In this document: piece after piece, positions 30,909 through 40,626 of the stretch
Layout: each line of letters opens with the position of its first letter
How positions within the stretch are numbered: the first letter of the stretch is position 1
Source: an uncultured Candidatus Binatia bacterium
GTDB lineage: Bacteria; Desulfobacterota; Binatia; UBA9968; CAXXLF01
Assembly: GCA_965218425.1 (NCBI GenBank)
Contig: OZ244621.1
Location: forward strand, 928,001-992,000
Reading direction: 5' to 3'
DNA: 64,000 bases
Notes under the pieces: model-generated
The model's input: the letters and a program-made list of their open reading frames with translations, nothing else
Told to the model about the DNA's origin: nothing
The model's database searches: none
Position numbers and translations under genes: made by a program

Positions 30909-31463
30909 CTATTCCTCGAACAGTCCGCTGTGCCTCTCTTCGAGTTTCCGTTTACCTTTCTGGTCGATCACGTACAGGCCGTCCACCTGCTTGATATCGG
31001 CGGGGTCGTAAAAATATTCAGCCACCTCCAGCCCTTCATCGAACTCGTACATCCTTATGGCATCCCAAGGACAGATCTTTCTGTCCAGCCGATCCTCAGA
31101 CTCTGTCCCTATAAGCTGGAGCTGGAACTTTTTGGGCATCTTGTCCTGTTCCAAAGGCTTTTTGGAAGCATCGTACATTCGGTTGCCGTACTCAAAATAA
31201 ATCTCGCCCGTCTCCTTGTGCTTATGGATCTTGGTATAATCATCGCTGTAACACATCTGACAGCCGATGCATTTATCGTTGTCCACCCAGACCCGGTAGG
31301 GCTTCAACCCACCCTGGGGCAACTCCTCATAAAGCAGGTTGATACAGTCATCCACCGGACAATGGACCTCACAGAGGGGGGAACCGGCGCAACTGGTGCA
31401 GTTCTCGTCCATGACCGCGAGGAGCGCCGTTCCTTTGCGTTTTGCGTCGCTTTCAGCCGCCAT
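30909..31463 (-). CDS. 4Fe-4S dicluster ferredoxin-like protein with long insertion
   Basis: CTSCAGSPLCEVHCP and CIGCQMC...ICPWDAI. Confidence 0.82.
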   Translation of the reverse strand: MAAESDAKRKGTALLAVMDENCTSCAGSPLCEVHCPVDDCINLLYEELPQGGLKPYRVWVDNDKCIGCQMCYSDDYTKIHKHKETGEIYFEYGNRMYDASKKPLEQDKMPKKFQLQLIGTESEDRLDRKICPWDAIRMYEFDEGLEVAEYFYDPADIKQVDGLYVIDQKGKRKLEERHSGLFEE

Positions 31464-32268
31464 AATTTTTTGCCCTCATCTTTCTATATTTAGAGTGTAC
31501 CAGGAATGCGCCAGCGATCAAAAGCAAGACCCAGTAATACCGCACGAGTTGTAGCTGGGCCATTTCGAGCCAGTAAACAAAATTCGGGGATCGGGAAATG
31601 AGCTTTCTCAACGCCTGCTGTGACCCGGCGTAATCCCTTGTCTGTTTCAGCACCCGGGACATCCCGTATAAAGCCCCCTGGTCCTGCGGATTCAGCGCTA
31701 GAGCCTGCTCAAAATCCCGTCGCGCCGCCCGCCATTTCTCCTGCTCAAAATGAACCCACCCCCGGTTGCTCCATGCCTGCGCATAACCCTCACGTAGCTC
31801 CAATGCCCGATTGAATCCCTCCAAAGCCCGGTCCAAATCCCCGTTCTTCTTCAAAGCCACTGCCAGGTTATTCTGTGCCTCAGGAGATTGGGGCCGCAAC
31901 TGAACTACTTTCCTATAAGCCTCAATGGCCGCGGGGAAATCTTTATGTACCTCTAGGCTCAACCATCCGAGGAGGGTCCTCGCCTCCACATGATCCGGCG
32001 CCAGCTGCAATGCTCTCCTGATATGGACTTCTGCTTGCCCGGCATCTCCAAGTTTCAGAGATGTCACGGCCAAAACGAGGTGGAGATCAGGTTGTGCGGG
32101 ATACTTCTTTAACAGAGTCTCAAGGGATTCTCTTGCCGATTTTGCCTCACCTTCCGACAGGTCCCGCTTTCCCTGTTTCCAGAGGCTATCTTCCTCAAAA
32201 CGACTTGCGCCATGTGCCAGAGAAAGCCCCATGAATAGGATCGCAATGGAAAAGGACCAAAAGCCCAA
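31453..32268 (-). CDS. TPR protein with N-terminal signal and C-terminal membrane anchor
   Basis: Multiple TPRs (AQNNLAVAL, AWSNRGWVH), hydrophobic N-terminus, YYWVLLLIAGAFLV then basic tail. Confidence 0.85.
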   Translation of the reverse strand: MGFWSFSIAILFMGLSLAHGASRFEEDSLWKQGKRDLSEGEAKSARESLETLLKKYPAQPDLHLVLAVTSLKLGDAGQAEVHIRRALQLAPDHVEARTLLGWLSLEVHKDFPAAIEAYRKVVQLRPQSPEAQNNLAVALKKNGDLDRALEGFNRALELREGYAQAWSNRGWVHFEQEKWRAARRDFEQALALNPQDQGALYGMSRVLKQTRDYAGSQQALRKLISRSPNFVYWLEMAQLQLVRYYWVLLLIAGAFLVHSKYRKMRAKNYGG

Positions 32269-32271
32269 CCA

Positions 32272-32457
32272 CTACTCCCACATCTTATTAATGATTTCGT
32301 CCTTTTTCCCCTCCTCGGTGAGTCTGTCGTTCTTTAACGCTTGTCTCAGACCAACCCATGTGAAGAAAAGGACCAGCAACAGCATGCCTACGATGGGAAT
32401 GTTGTCAGGCTTGGTTACGATCTCCAAGAAACTTTGCCACCCCGTTGGTTCTTCCAT
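32272..32457 (-). CDS. Small single-pass membrane protein
   Basis: IVTKPDNIPIVGMLLLVLFFTWVG hydrophobic helix; AGGTGGTGA SD-like sequence; abuts TPR gene. Confidence 0.7.
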   Translation of the reverse strand: MEEPTGWQSFLEIVTKPDNIPIVGMLLLVLFFTWVGLRQALKNDRLTEEGKKDEIINKMWE

Positions 32458-32573
32458 AAAATCTCACCACCTACGTCAGAAAAATACACGAGAAAGCTAT
32501 TAGAAAATATTGAAAAAGTCAACGCAGGGTGGCAATCGGGCAGCTTTTATGGCATGAGATCGTTAAGGGCGCC

Positions 32574-33707
32574 ATGCACTTCAACCTCAAGTCCCACTGT
32601 TTGATTTTTCTCTTCTTTAGCTCGATTTTCGGGTGTCTTTTCTTATTAACTGCCGCAGTGGAGGCTTGTCCTTTGGTAATAAGGGCAGGTTCGCCACGCA
32701 AGGCGCAGGCAACCGTCGGCGGTTATTGCCGGATCAACGGGAGCGGTAGGCCAACCGCTCCTGTGAGTCGGGTGGGCGTCCGCGAGCGTGCGTTCATCAC
32801 CAACAGTGACGCGGACAGTTTCTCCATTGTCGACCGCAAGACTTACCAAGTACTGAAGACCATGCCGGTAGGCGATTATCCCCATCACATGATCGTCTCC
32901 CGAGACGGGCGTCACCTCTACGTCGGAAATACACACTCCGACACGGTGTCCACAGTGGATCTCGCAACGGAAGAGATTGTCAAGACCATTCCCTTGCTGG
33001 ATCCTTACAATTTTTACTACACGCCGAACAGCGAGCTCCTGGTAACCACCTGCACTCGTCTCGGACGCGTGGAAGTTCATGCCAAAGAGACCTGGAGTAA
33101 CCTAAATCAAGCCACGGGATGGGAACGGCTGGCCGAGATTCCGACCGGCAAGGATCCAAACCACTTCGCCTTTAGCCCGGACGGTCATTTTATGTACGTC
33201 AGCAATGAATATTCCCACCAGCTCTCAGTGGTCGACCTCCAGGAGCGGAAGCTGGTTCACCAGGTAGACACGAGCCGCCGTCCGGTTGATGTATCCCTAG
33301 CCCCGGGCGGAAAAATCATCTTCGTGGCCAACTATACGGATGGACATGTAACCGTCTATGACACCGCGAGCTTCAAGGAACTGAAACGCATTCCAACCGG
33401 CGCAGGGGCCCATGGCATGGCCATGACCACGGACGGAAAGACCCTGTTCGTTTCCAATCGTGACGCCTTTACGGTCTCGGCTATAGACGTTGAGAGCCAG
33501 GAGATCACCCGAAGCTTTAAAGTCCCGCAGGGACCGGACATGCTAGAGGTGACACCCGACGGTCGTGAACTCTGGGTCACCGCCCGATACGGGTCCAATG
33601 TTTATGTGGTTGACTTGAACAAAGGAAAAGTTAGCCATCGCATACGGACCGGGGCCTCCCCGCATGGGCTCGTTCTAATCGACCTCATCGATGTCAATAG
33701 CCGATAG
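32574..33707 (+). CDS. YVTN/YncE-type beta-propeller protein, probably exported (start uncertain)
   Basis: Repeats such as SRDGRHLYVGN, SPDGHFMYVSN, TPDGRELWVT; hydrophobic N-terminus. Confidence 0.88.
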   Translation: MHFNLKSHCLIFLFFSSIFGCLFLLTAAVEACPLVIRAGSPRKAQATVGGYCRINGSGRPTAPVSRVGVRERAFITNSDADSFSIVDRKTYQVLKTMPVGDYPHHMIVSRDGRHLYVGNTHSDTVSTVDLATEEIVKTIPLLDPYNFYYTPNSELLVTTCTRLGRVEVHAKETWSNLNQATGWERLAEIPTGKDPNHFAFSPDGHFMYVSNEYSHQLSVVDLQERKLVHQVDTSRRPVDVSLAPGGKIIFVANYTDGHVTVYDTASFKELKRIPTGAGAHGMAMTTDGKTLFVSNRDAFTVSAIDVESQEITRSFKVPQGPDMLEVTPDGRELWVTARYGSNVYVVDLNKGKVSHRIRTGASPHGLVLIDLIDVNSR

Positions 33708-33730
33708 TTAAGCGCGTGGAGGGACCTCGG

Positions 33731-33753
33731 GGGGTCCGTTTGATATGGACCCC
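33731..33753. terminator. Hairpin between convergent genes
   Basis: GGGGTCC-9 nt-GGACCCC. Confidence 0.35.
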
Positions 33754-33787
33754 GCCGGTTCAACTGCGAAAACTCTTTTTCTACTCT

Positions 33788-35416
33788 CTAATGGGAGTGT
33801 TGGTGATGGCCATGGGAATGACCCCGACCCATTTCCGTGTGGCGGAAGATCAGAGACTTGATTACCACCGGAACCGCCTTGGCATCGGGAAGCTCCTCTC
33901 CGATGTCGATGAAATCAAAGTCCGTTAGATCGATCCCATCGATGGAGATGACACCCGCACCCGGCAGAAGCTCCTTTTCAATAATGTTTCCCACCAGCTT
34001 TGCAATATCGGCGTCAAAGACAAGAACCAAGGGCTGCCCCTTGTCAATGTGGCCTTTCATCCCTTGAGCCACTCCTTCCGCTAGGGTCCGGATCAACGGA
34101 TAGGAAGGTCCAAGTTCCCAGTGTATGGACAGCGCCGCGGCCCGGTCTCCGTCCTGGATATCGTAACGGCGAAGCGCTTGCTCCACGGCATCTTTTACCT
34201 CCGCACTGGAGAGGGGTTCCATTTGCCGTATGTTAGGGGTGACTACCTGTACGTTTCTCAATGGGAGCAGTCCGTTATCCGACAGGAAGATGGTGTTCCC
34301 GCTGACCTGTACGGTGTATTGCGAGGCACCGATGACCGTGGCCCGGATACGCACTTCCGGCGGCTGGAGCTTAATGGAGTGCTGTTTGGTAAACGGCTGG
34401 ACGCGTTCCCTCACATGTCGCCCCATATGGTTTCCCAGATCGCCGTAATCCGTCTTCTCAATATTATAAATGTACTCTGAAACTCCTCCAGAGAAGGTTA
34501 CGACATCGATTTTGCCCTTGTATTCAAGTTCGGGGGTGAGCATCAGGCTCTGGGTCAGCGCAGAGAGTTTTCCCCGGTTCAAAACCTCAAATAGACTGGT
34601 ACAGAGGGTACGGGTCATGGCCTCTTTTTCGTTCTCATTCATGCCGCCACCCACCTCCAATGAACTCCCCGACGCGTTCGCAATCTTCGCTCCGGCATCT
34701 TCTAAACGGTTGATTTTACCGTCTTGACCCAGGGCCACGAGCCGCGCGCCCACTTCAAGGGCAGCGGTATCGATGACCTGGCCTTTCTGGATGATGGCGA
34801 TCTTGCTCGTTCCACCGCCGACATCCACGTTCATGACGGTAAAATCGCCCCCTTCGTTGACGGTCCTGCGCACCCCACCGGACCCATAAGCCGCGAGAAT
34901 ACACTCCAGGTTGTGACCCGCCGTGGCGCAAACAAATTTCCCCGCCTGGGCTGAAAAAAGGGCGGCCACGGCCTCTGCGTTGTTTTTCTTTGCCGCCTCT
35001 CCTGTAAGGATCAAGGCTCCGGTATCGATATCACTGGGGGTCAACTGGGCCCGACCATAAGCCTCCTGTATAAACCCATCCAGCTTTTGCGTATCGATGG
35101 TTGTTTTGTCCACGTAAGGCGTGAGCAGCACCGGGGACTCGGACAGGATCTCGCGATTGACGACAACGAAGCGGCTGGAAAGGACGATGCCCTGACGGCG
35201 CAAGGTCAATCGAGAAAAAATCAAATGGGAGGTGGAAGAGCCAATGTCAATTCCCACAGAGGTCAGTGTGATGCGCTCCGACCTCCACATGGGATGGTTC
35301 TCGTCTAGAATCTGGTCTCCTTCATGCTCGTGTTCAAAATCACCATCGTGAAACAGGACTACGGGTCCAGGTAAACCCGGCAGGTTGATCGTGGTCTCAG
35401 GTAAATTAGGTTGCAT
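33788..35416 (-). CDS. eutA: EutA-like ASKHA ATPase (ethanolamine ammonia-lyase reactivating factor family)
   Basis: SVGIDIGSSTSHLIFS, TGALILTGEAA, FVCATAGHNLE, VDVGGGTSK, IRATVIGAS, VPVVIKSLIF. Confidence 0.85.
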   Translation of the reverse strand: MQPNLPETTINLPGLPGPVVLFHDGDFEHEHEGDQILDENHPMWRSERITLTSVGIDIGSSTSHLIFSRLTLRRQGIVLSSRFVVVNREILSESPVLLTPYVDKTTIDTQKLDGFIQEAYGRAQLTPSDIDTGALILTGEAAKKNNAEAVAALFSAQAGKFVCATAGHNLECILAAYGSGGVRRTVNEGGDFTVMNVDVGGGTSKIAIIQKGQVIDTAALEVGARLVALGQDGKINRLEDAGAKIANASGSSLEVGGGMNENEKEAMTRTLCTSLFEVLNRGKLSALTQSLMLTPELEYKGKIDVVTFSGGVSEYIYNIEKTDYGDLGNHMGRHVRERVQPFTKQHSIKLQPPEVRIRATVIGASQYTVQVSGNTIFLSDNGLLPLRNVQVVTPNIRQMEPLSSAEVKDAVEQALRRYDIQDGDRAAALSIHWELGPSYPLIRTLAEGVAQGMKGHIDKGQPLVLVFDADIAKLVGNIIEKELLPGAGVISIDGIDLTDFDFIDIGEELPDAKAVPVVIKSLIFRHTEMGRGHSHGHHQHSH

Positions 35417-35686
35417 CTCTTAGCTTCCTTTCTGCGTTAATTATTCCCCCTTTTGTAGGCGACATGAACCCATACCACAAGGCTATATCAATTGCCAACC
35501 TATCCCCCCTGAGGGAGCGCTCCACAGGAACCCGGCCCAGTCTAATTAGGAGTCGCCACAGGTGCCGAGCAGGAGGAAACTCGACACACAACCGCCTAAT
35601 TAAATCGGTTATTAGAAAAAAGGCCGTTTCTTTGCCCTGGGTGAATGGACAAGGGGCAAGATCCGCGCTAATATAATTGATTGACC

Positions 35687-38600
35687 ATGGGCCAGGAAGA
35701 ATACAGAGAACTCTCCTCTTTTTTGAAGAGATTTGTCCTCCGGGTCAGGTTACACAAAGGAATAGAAGGGCTGTGTCTGATCGGTGTCTGCGCCCTGGTG
35801 CTCTTCCCCCTCGGATTGGCAATTCAACACATCAAGGGCATCTTCCCTTACGCCCCCTTGATCTACACCGTCCTTGCAGCGGCAATTGCCGTAATACTGG
35901 TGAGTTGGACAGCTTCCCAGTGCCTGAAAAAACGTCCAAAAGAGTGGAGTGCGCGCTTCATCGAGGAAAAGAATCCTCAGCTTAGAAACAACCTGATCAA
36001 TTCACTGCAATTGTACCCGCAGCTCTCGGATGCCGATGGGCCGGAAATATCAACTTCCATGGTTCTGGCTCTCCTGCGTGTCACTCGCAATCAGTTACAA
36101 AAAATTCAAATCAAGGATTTGATTAACAAAGATCGAATCAAGGCTGAGGCTCGCCTTTTTGGAATTTTGCTGGCACCGGTTCTCGCCCTTGTCCTTTTCA
36201 ATCCCTCATCCGTGGGGGATACATTCAGCTTACTGGTTCATCCTCTAAGGGACATTCCACCGTCAGAGACCTTCATTGACGTGAACCCCAAAGGGACCCG
36301 CATGGTTCGAGGTTCCTCGGTTCGCATTGAAGCCACGGCTTCGGGGGCCATTCCAAAAACCATGGACCTCGTTCTGTCCACCGCAGAGTCCGGGAGCCAG
36401 ACGGAAAAGCTTTATATGGATAACCTTGGGGAAGGAAAATTCACCGCTACGATCCGGGATGTCCAAAAAAGCCTTCGGTACCGGGTGGCCGTGGGGCCTT
36501 TTTCCTCCCCCTGGTATCCCATTGAAGCAGTCGAGTCGCCCGCCATCGGTAATATTAAACCCACCCTTTATCCTCCCCATTACACCGGTCTCACCATGCA
36601 GACCCTCGACGGGGGAAATATCGAAGGGTTCAAAGGGTCCACCATACGGTTGGAGGCGCGCAGCAACAAGGAGCTGGCCAAGGCCAAGATAGTCCTCGAT
36701 CAAGGCGGCGAGGTCCCTTTGAAAATTCAAGGGAAGAAGCTCGAGGGAAGTCTCGTCCTATTGCAGTCCCAGAGGTATCAGATCCAGGTGGAGGATGCGT
36801 TGGGGTATCGCAATTCTCCCATCTCCTATGACCTACGGGTGAAACCAGACGCATTCCCAGGCGTAGAGCTATTGCGGCCCACCGAAGATCTGGAGGTGAA
36901 CGGGGATGAATCCCTTGTGGTGGAGTTTAGCGCCAAGGATGACTTTGGGATTCAAGACGTATATCTAGTGACAAAGGTGAAGGATAAGGAGGAAAGAGTC
37001 CGGATCCTCAAAGATGTTAATAATAGGCTGGCCCGCCGGGAACGATACCATTGGGATGTGGGAAGTCTGAAGCTCCAGGAAGGGGATGAAGTTCTCTACT
37101 ACCTGGAAGCCCTGGACAATGACACCATCTCCGGCCCTAAAGTCGGGTCTTCGAGAACCCTGAAGTTACGTTTAAAAAACCTCAAGGCGGAGCACAAACA
37201 GGTGGCGGAGATGATTCATGACCTGTCCAATCAAATGATGGACCTTCTGGCAGACCACCTCGAACGCGGGGCCCCAGAAGAAAACGAGCCTCTCCAACAG
37301 GCGGACAATAAGGATACGGAAATCGACCGAAAAGCTGAAGAAATGATGAAACGCATTGAGGAGCTCATGGATCGAACCGAGACCGACCGGCTGTCCAATT
37401 TTGCCACCTGGTCTGATCTCCAGTCCCTCAAGCGCAACCTCGAGTTTACCAAGGACGAACTGCTGCACAAAAGGACCCAGGCGGTTTCCCCCCAGGACAG
37501 AGAAAGACTGGACGATCAAATCTCCACAGAGCTCGAGCGAATGTCGCTCCTTGCGGAGGATATGACCAAGAGACTCACCGCCCAGGAGGTTTCCCGCACG
37601 GCTCAGGACCTCCTTAGATCCCAGGAGCGGCTCATGGAGTCCATGGGAAAAATGCAGAGCGGGAACAAAGAACTGGACGAGGTCCTAAAAGAGATCTCCC
37701 GTCTGGCCAAGCAGCTCGGTGAGCTTCAGCAGTCACTGTCCAAGCTTGCCTCAAGGCTTCCGCAAGATTTCATGAACAGCGAGTCCGTGCGGGGCCTGGA
37801 TTTCCAAAACATGATGTCCGGACTCAACGAGATACGTAAAAAGCTCCAGGAGGGAGATATTCAAGGAGCCATGCGACTGGCCCGAGAGCTGTTCAACCAG
37901 ATGGCCTCCATGGTGGCCGCAATGCGCAACGCCCATCAATCCGCCATGTCCTCAAGCATGGGAAGAATGCAGGGAGAGATGATGCGCTCCGCAAGCGAGC
38001 TGCAGCGGATCGTGCGCAAGCAACAGGAGGTCCTGGAAGAAACCGAAGGCTCCCATAAGGAACAATTGGCAAAAAGGGAAGAACTCCTGAAAGAGAAACT
38101 GGAGCAATTCCTGGCGAAAGCCCAACAGGAGGCGGCCCGGTTGGCCCAGCTCTTCCCCAATCAGGAATCAGACCATGAGGAAGGGGCCTCCGCCGACGAG
38201 TTGGATGAAGTTACCATGAACAACCTCGCCAACAACCTGACCGTCAGGCTTCAGGAAAAAGACCTCGAGACGCTGAGCAAAATCATGGAATTGGCGCGCA
38301 AGGAGCTCGGAAAGAAACGCCGCGCACAACAGGAGGAGAAGGCACGCACGGCACAATCCATCCTAGATGACCTGACAAAGGATCTCCAGTTACTCAAAGA
38401 AGAGCCGAAGGTGGAACTCACCGCGGAACAGAAAGAGGCCCTGGGGGCACTCTCCCAACGAGAAGGCAATCTGCAGGAGAGAACCGCGAACCTGCATAAA
38501 AGGTTTACCCCCCTATTCCAACTCTTTCCCTCGCTGGATTCAAAGATATTAAACAACATCGGCGAAGCCTCCCAGGCCATGGGCGAGGCACAGGGCCAAT

Positions 38601-38989
38601 TGAGCGGTCTAAACGCCGGGCAGGCAATCCCACCGGAACAGGCGGCCTTGGACCGTCTGATGGAATCCAGCCAACAAATGCAAAATTCCATGCAGCAACT
38701 TTCCCAGAGGGGGCAGTTGGGCCGGATGCCGGTGGTTTATCTGTTCCGGAGAGGGAGGTTTCTCCCGGGAGGCAGGCTCGTTCCCCTTCCCGGAGTGCCC
38801 AAGTTCCCTGACTTCGACGCCGAAGGCGGCATGAGTGGGTTGGACACCGAAAAATTTCAATTGCCGGGGAAAGAGGACCATCGAGTTCCGCGGCGCTTTC
38901 GCGAGGAGATCTTGGAGTCGTTGAAGCAAGGCGTCCCGGACCAGTTCAAAGATCAGATAGAGAACTATTTTAAAGATTTGTCGCAGTAA
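35687..38989 (+). CDS. DUF4175-like large membrane-anchored beta-sandwich plus coiled-coil protein
   Basis: 3 N-terminal TM helices, LRNNLINSLQL, YPPHYTG, DDFGI, EALDNDTISGP, long Q/E/M helical region, C-terminal VPDQFKDQIENYFKDL. Confidence 0.75.
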   Translation: MGQEEYRELSSFLKRFVLRVRLHKGIEGLCLIGVCALVLFPLGLAIQHIKGIFPYAPLIYTVLAAAIAVILVSWTASQCLKKRPKEWSARFIEEKNPQLRNNLINSLQLYPQLSDADGPEISTSMVLALLRVTRNQLQKIQIKDLINKDRIKAEARLFGILLAPVLALVLFNPSSVGDTFSLLVHPLRDIPPSETFIDVNPKGTRMVRGSSVRIEATASGAIPKTMDLVLSTAESGSQTEKLYMDNLGEGKFTATIRDVQKSLRYRVAVGPFSSPWYPIEAVESPAIGNIKPTLYPPHYTGLTMQTLDGGNIEGFKGSTIRLEARSNKELAKAKIVLDQGGEVPLKIQGKKLEGSLVLLQSQRYQIQVEDALGYRNSPISYDLRVKPDAFPGVELLRPTEDLEVNGDESLVVEFSAKDDFGIQDVYLVTKVKDKEERVRILKDVNNRLARRERYHWDVGSLKLQEGDEVLYYLEALDNDTISGPKVGSSRTLKLRLKNLKAEHKQVAEMIHDLSNQMMDLLADHLERGAPEENEPLQQADNKDTEIDRKAEEMMKRIEELMDRTETDRLSNFATWSDLQSLKRNLEFTKDELLHKRTQAVSPQDRERLDDQISTELERMSLLAEDMTKRLTAQEVSRTAQDLLRSQERLMESMGKMQSGNKELDEVLKEISRLAKQLGELQQSLSKLASRLPQDFMNSESVRGLDFQNMMSGLNEIRKKLQEGDIQGAMRLARELFNQMASMVAAMRNAHQSAMSSSMGRMQGEMMRSASELQRIVRKQQEVLEETEGSHKEQLAKREELLKEKLEQFLAKAQQEAARLAQLFPNQESDHEEGASADELDEVTMNNLANNLTVRLQEKDLETLSKIMELARKELGKKRRAQQEEKARTAQSILDDLTKDLQLLKEEPKVELTAEQKEALGALSQREGNLQERTANLHKRFTPLFQLFPSLDSKILNNIGEASQAMGEAQGQLSGLNAGQAIPPEQAALDRLMESSQQMQNSMQQLSQRGQLGRMPVVYLFRRGRFLPGGRLVPLPGVPKFPDFDAEGGMSGLDTEKFQLPGKEDHRVPRRFREEILESLKQGVPDQFKDQIENYFKDLSQ

Positions 38990-39016
38990 CATCGCCGGAT
39001 TGAGGATATTCCCTTT

Positions 39017-40606
39017 TTGAATTTATTCAGATCCTTTCTCCTTATCAATTTTCTTCTTGCCGGCTTATTTCGCGCCTCGCCAGCAGTTGGTGTTGAATCC
39101 CAGGAGTTTCTGATCCACAAGGCAGTGCAGCACCTGGAGGCTTGGCGTGTTCGAGAGGCCGCCGGAGTCATTTCCAAGCTCACCCCTACCGACTCTGAAA
39201 CTCTAGCGGTGCTTGATCTACAGGCGCAACTGGCCTTCTACCAGGGAAAATACGCAGAGGCCTTCCGCATTGCGGAAAAGGCCCTCTCCCTCGAATCGGC
39301 CAGCGAAGAGCGTCAGACCATGCGCCTTCTAGCCCAGCAGACACGAGACGCCGTCGGAAAGTTAAAACGCTTTGAAAGTGAACATTTTGTCCTCTTTCTA
39401 GATGAAAGCCGGGACGGGATTCTGGTCACATGGCTTCTGGACGGCCTGGAAAGAACATACAAGGCCATTGGGGAGGAGTTGGGGTTTTACCCAAAGGAGA
39501 AAGTCCGCGTCGAAATTGCGCCGGACGTATCCTCGTTCAATGCCATCTCTACCCTGTCTCTCAGGGATATCGAAGAAACGGGAGCTGTTGGAATCTGTAA
39601 ATTCAACAAGGTAATGGCCATATCGCCCAGGACACTGACCCATGGTTACCGCTGGTTGGACTCCCTGAGCCATGAATACCTTCATTACGTAATCGTCGCC
39701 CTGAGCAACAATAAGGCGCCCATCTGGCTTCATGAAGGGATCGCCCGCTTCTATGAAACTCGCTGGCGAAGCGAGGACGGCGCTAACCAGGCTCCTGATT
39801 ATCTCACTCCGTCCGGCCAGACTCTCCTGGCCCGGGCATTGAAAAGAGACCGGCTGGTCCCGTTCGAAAAAATGGAACCTTCACTGATCTATCTGGAAAC
39901 ACCGCAACAGGTACAGTTGGCCTATGCAGAAGCGGCCTCCACCATTGATTTTATCACCCATCGCAAAGGTCCAGATGGAATCCGCAAGCTACTGTCCGAG
40001 TTGAGACATGAGCCAACCCCGCAAGCGGTTGAAACCGTCATGGACGTTCCTTTTGACAAGTTCGAGACCCAGTGGCAAGAATTTCTTAAGGCAAAGGAGC
40101 TGCAAGAAATCGAAGGGAGCCGGGTGCGAAAGTTGAAGGTCAAGGGAAAAGGAAAGGCAGACGAAGAAACGGTGGAGCTCAAGGAGATCCAGTCCGTGGT
40201 TGCCCGCAACCGAACACACCTTGCGGACCGTCTCTGGGCAAGGGGCAGGACGGTGGCCGCCTCCGCCGAATACCGACGTGCCCTGAAGGCGAGTCCCCAC
40301 TCTCCCATCATCCTCAACCGCCTGGGACGGGTCCTCACCGACTCGAAGAAATACCAAAAGGCCCTTCCCTACCTCAAGCAGGCCCAAGAGTTGGATCCGG
40401 ACTATGTGGGCACTTATGTGCAACTTGGACGCCTCTACAATGCGATCCAAAACTATTCCTCGGCTAAGGCTTCCCTGGACGAGGCCATCCAAATCAATCC
40501 ATACGACCCAACGATACATCGCCTTCTCTTTCAGATTCACACGGCCCTGGGCGAGACTGAGAATGCAAATGACGCCAAAGCAAATTTACAAAAGCTCTTA
40601 AGATAG
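39017..40606 (+). CDS. Exported zincin (peptidase MA-like) with TPR repeats
   Basis: Signal peptide, HEYLH plus downstream WLHEGIA, C-terminal TPRs. Confidence 0.85.
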   Translation: MNLFRSFLLINFLLAGLFRASPAVGVESQEFLIHKAVQHLEAWRVREAAGVISKLTPTDSETLAVLDLQAQLAFYQGKYAEAFRIAEKALSLESASEERQTMRLLAQQTRDAVGKLKRFESEHFVLFLDESRDGILVTWLLDGLERTYKAIGEELGFYPKEKVRVEIAPDVSSFNAISTLSLRDIEETGAVGICKFNKVMAISPRTLTHGYRWLDSLSHEYLHYVIVALSNNKAPIWLHEGIARFYETRWRSEDGANQAPDYLTPSGQTLLARALKRDRLVPFEKMEPSLIYLETPQQVQLAYAEAASTIDFITHRKGPDGIRKLLSELRHEPTPQAVETVMDVPFDKFETQWQEFLKAKELQEIEGSRVRKLKVKGKGKADEETVELKEIQSVVARNRTHLADRLWARGRTVAASAEYRRALKASPHSPIILNRLGRVLTDSKKYQKALPYLKQAQELDPDYVGTYVQLGRLYNAIQNYSSAKASLDEAIQINPYDPTIHRLLFQIHTALGETENANDAKANLQKLLR

Positions 40607-40626
40607 AGTTGAGAGGACCTTCCATT

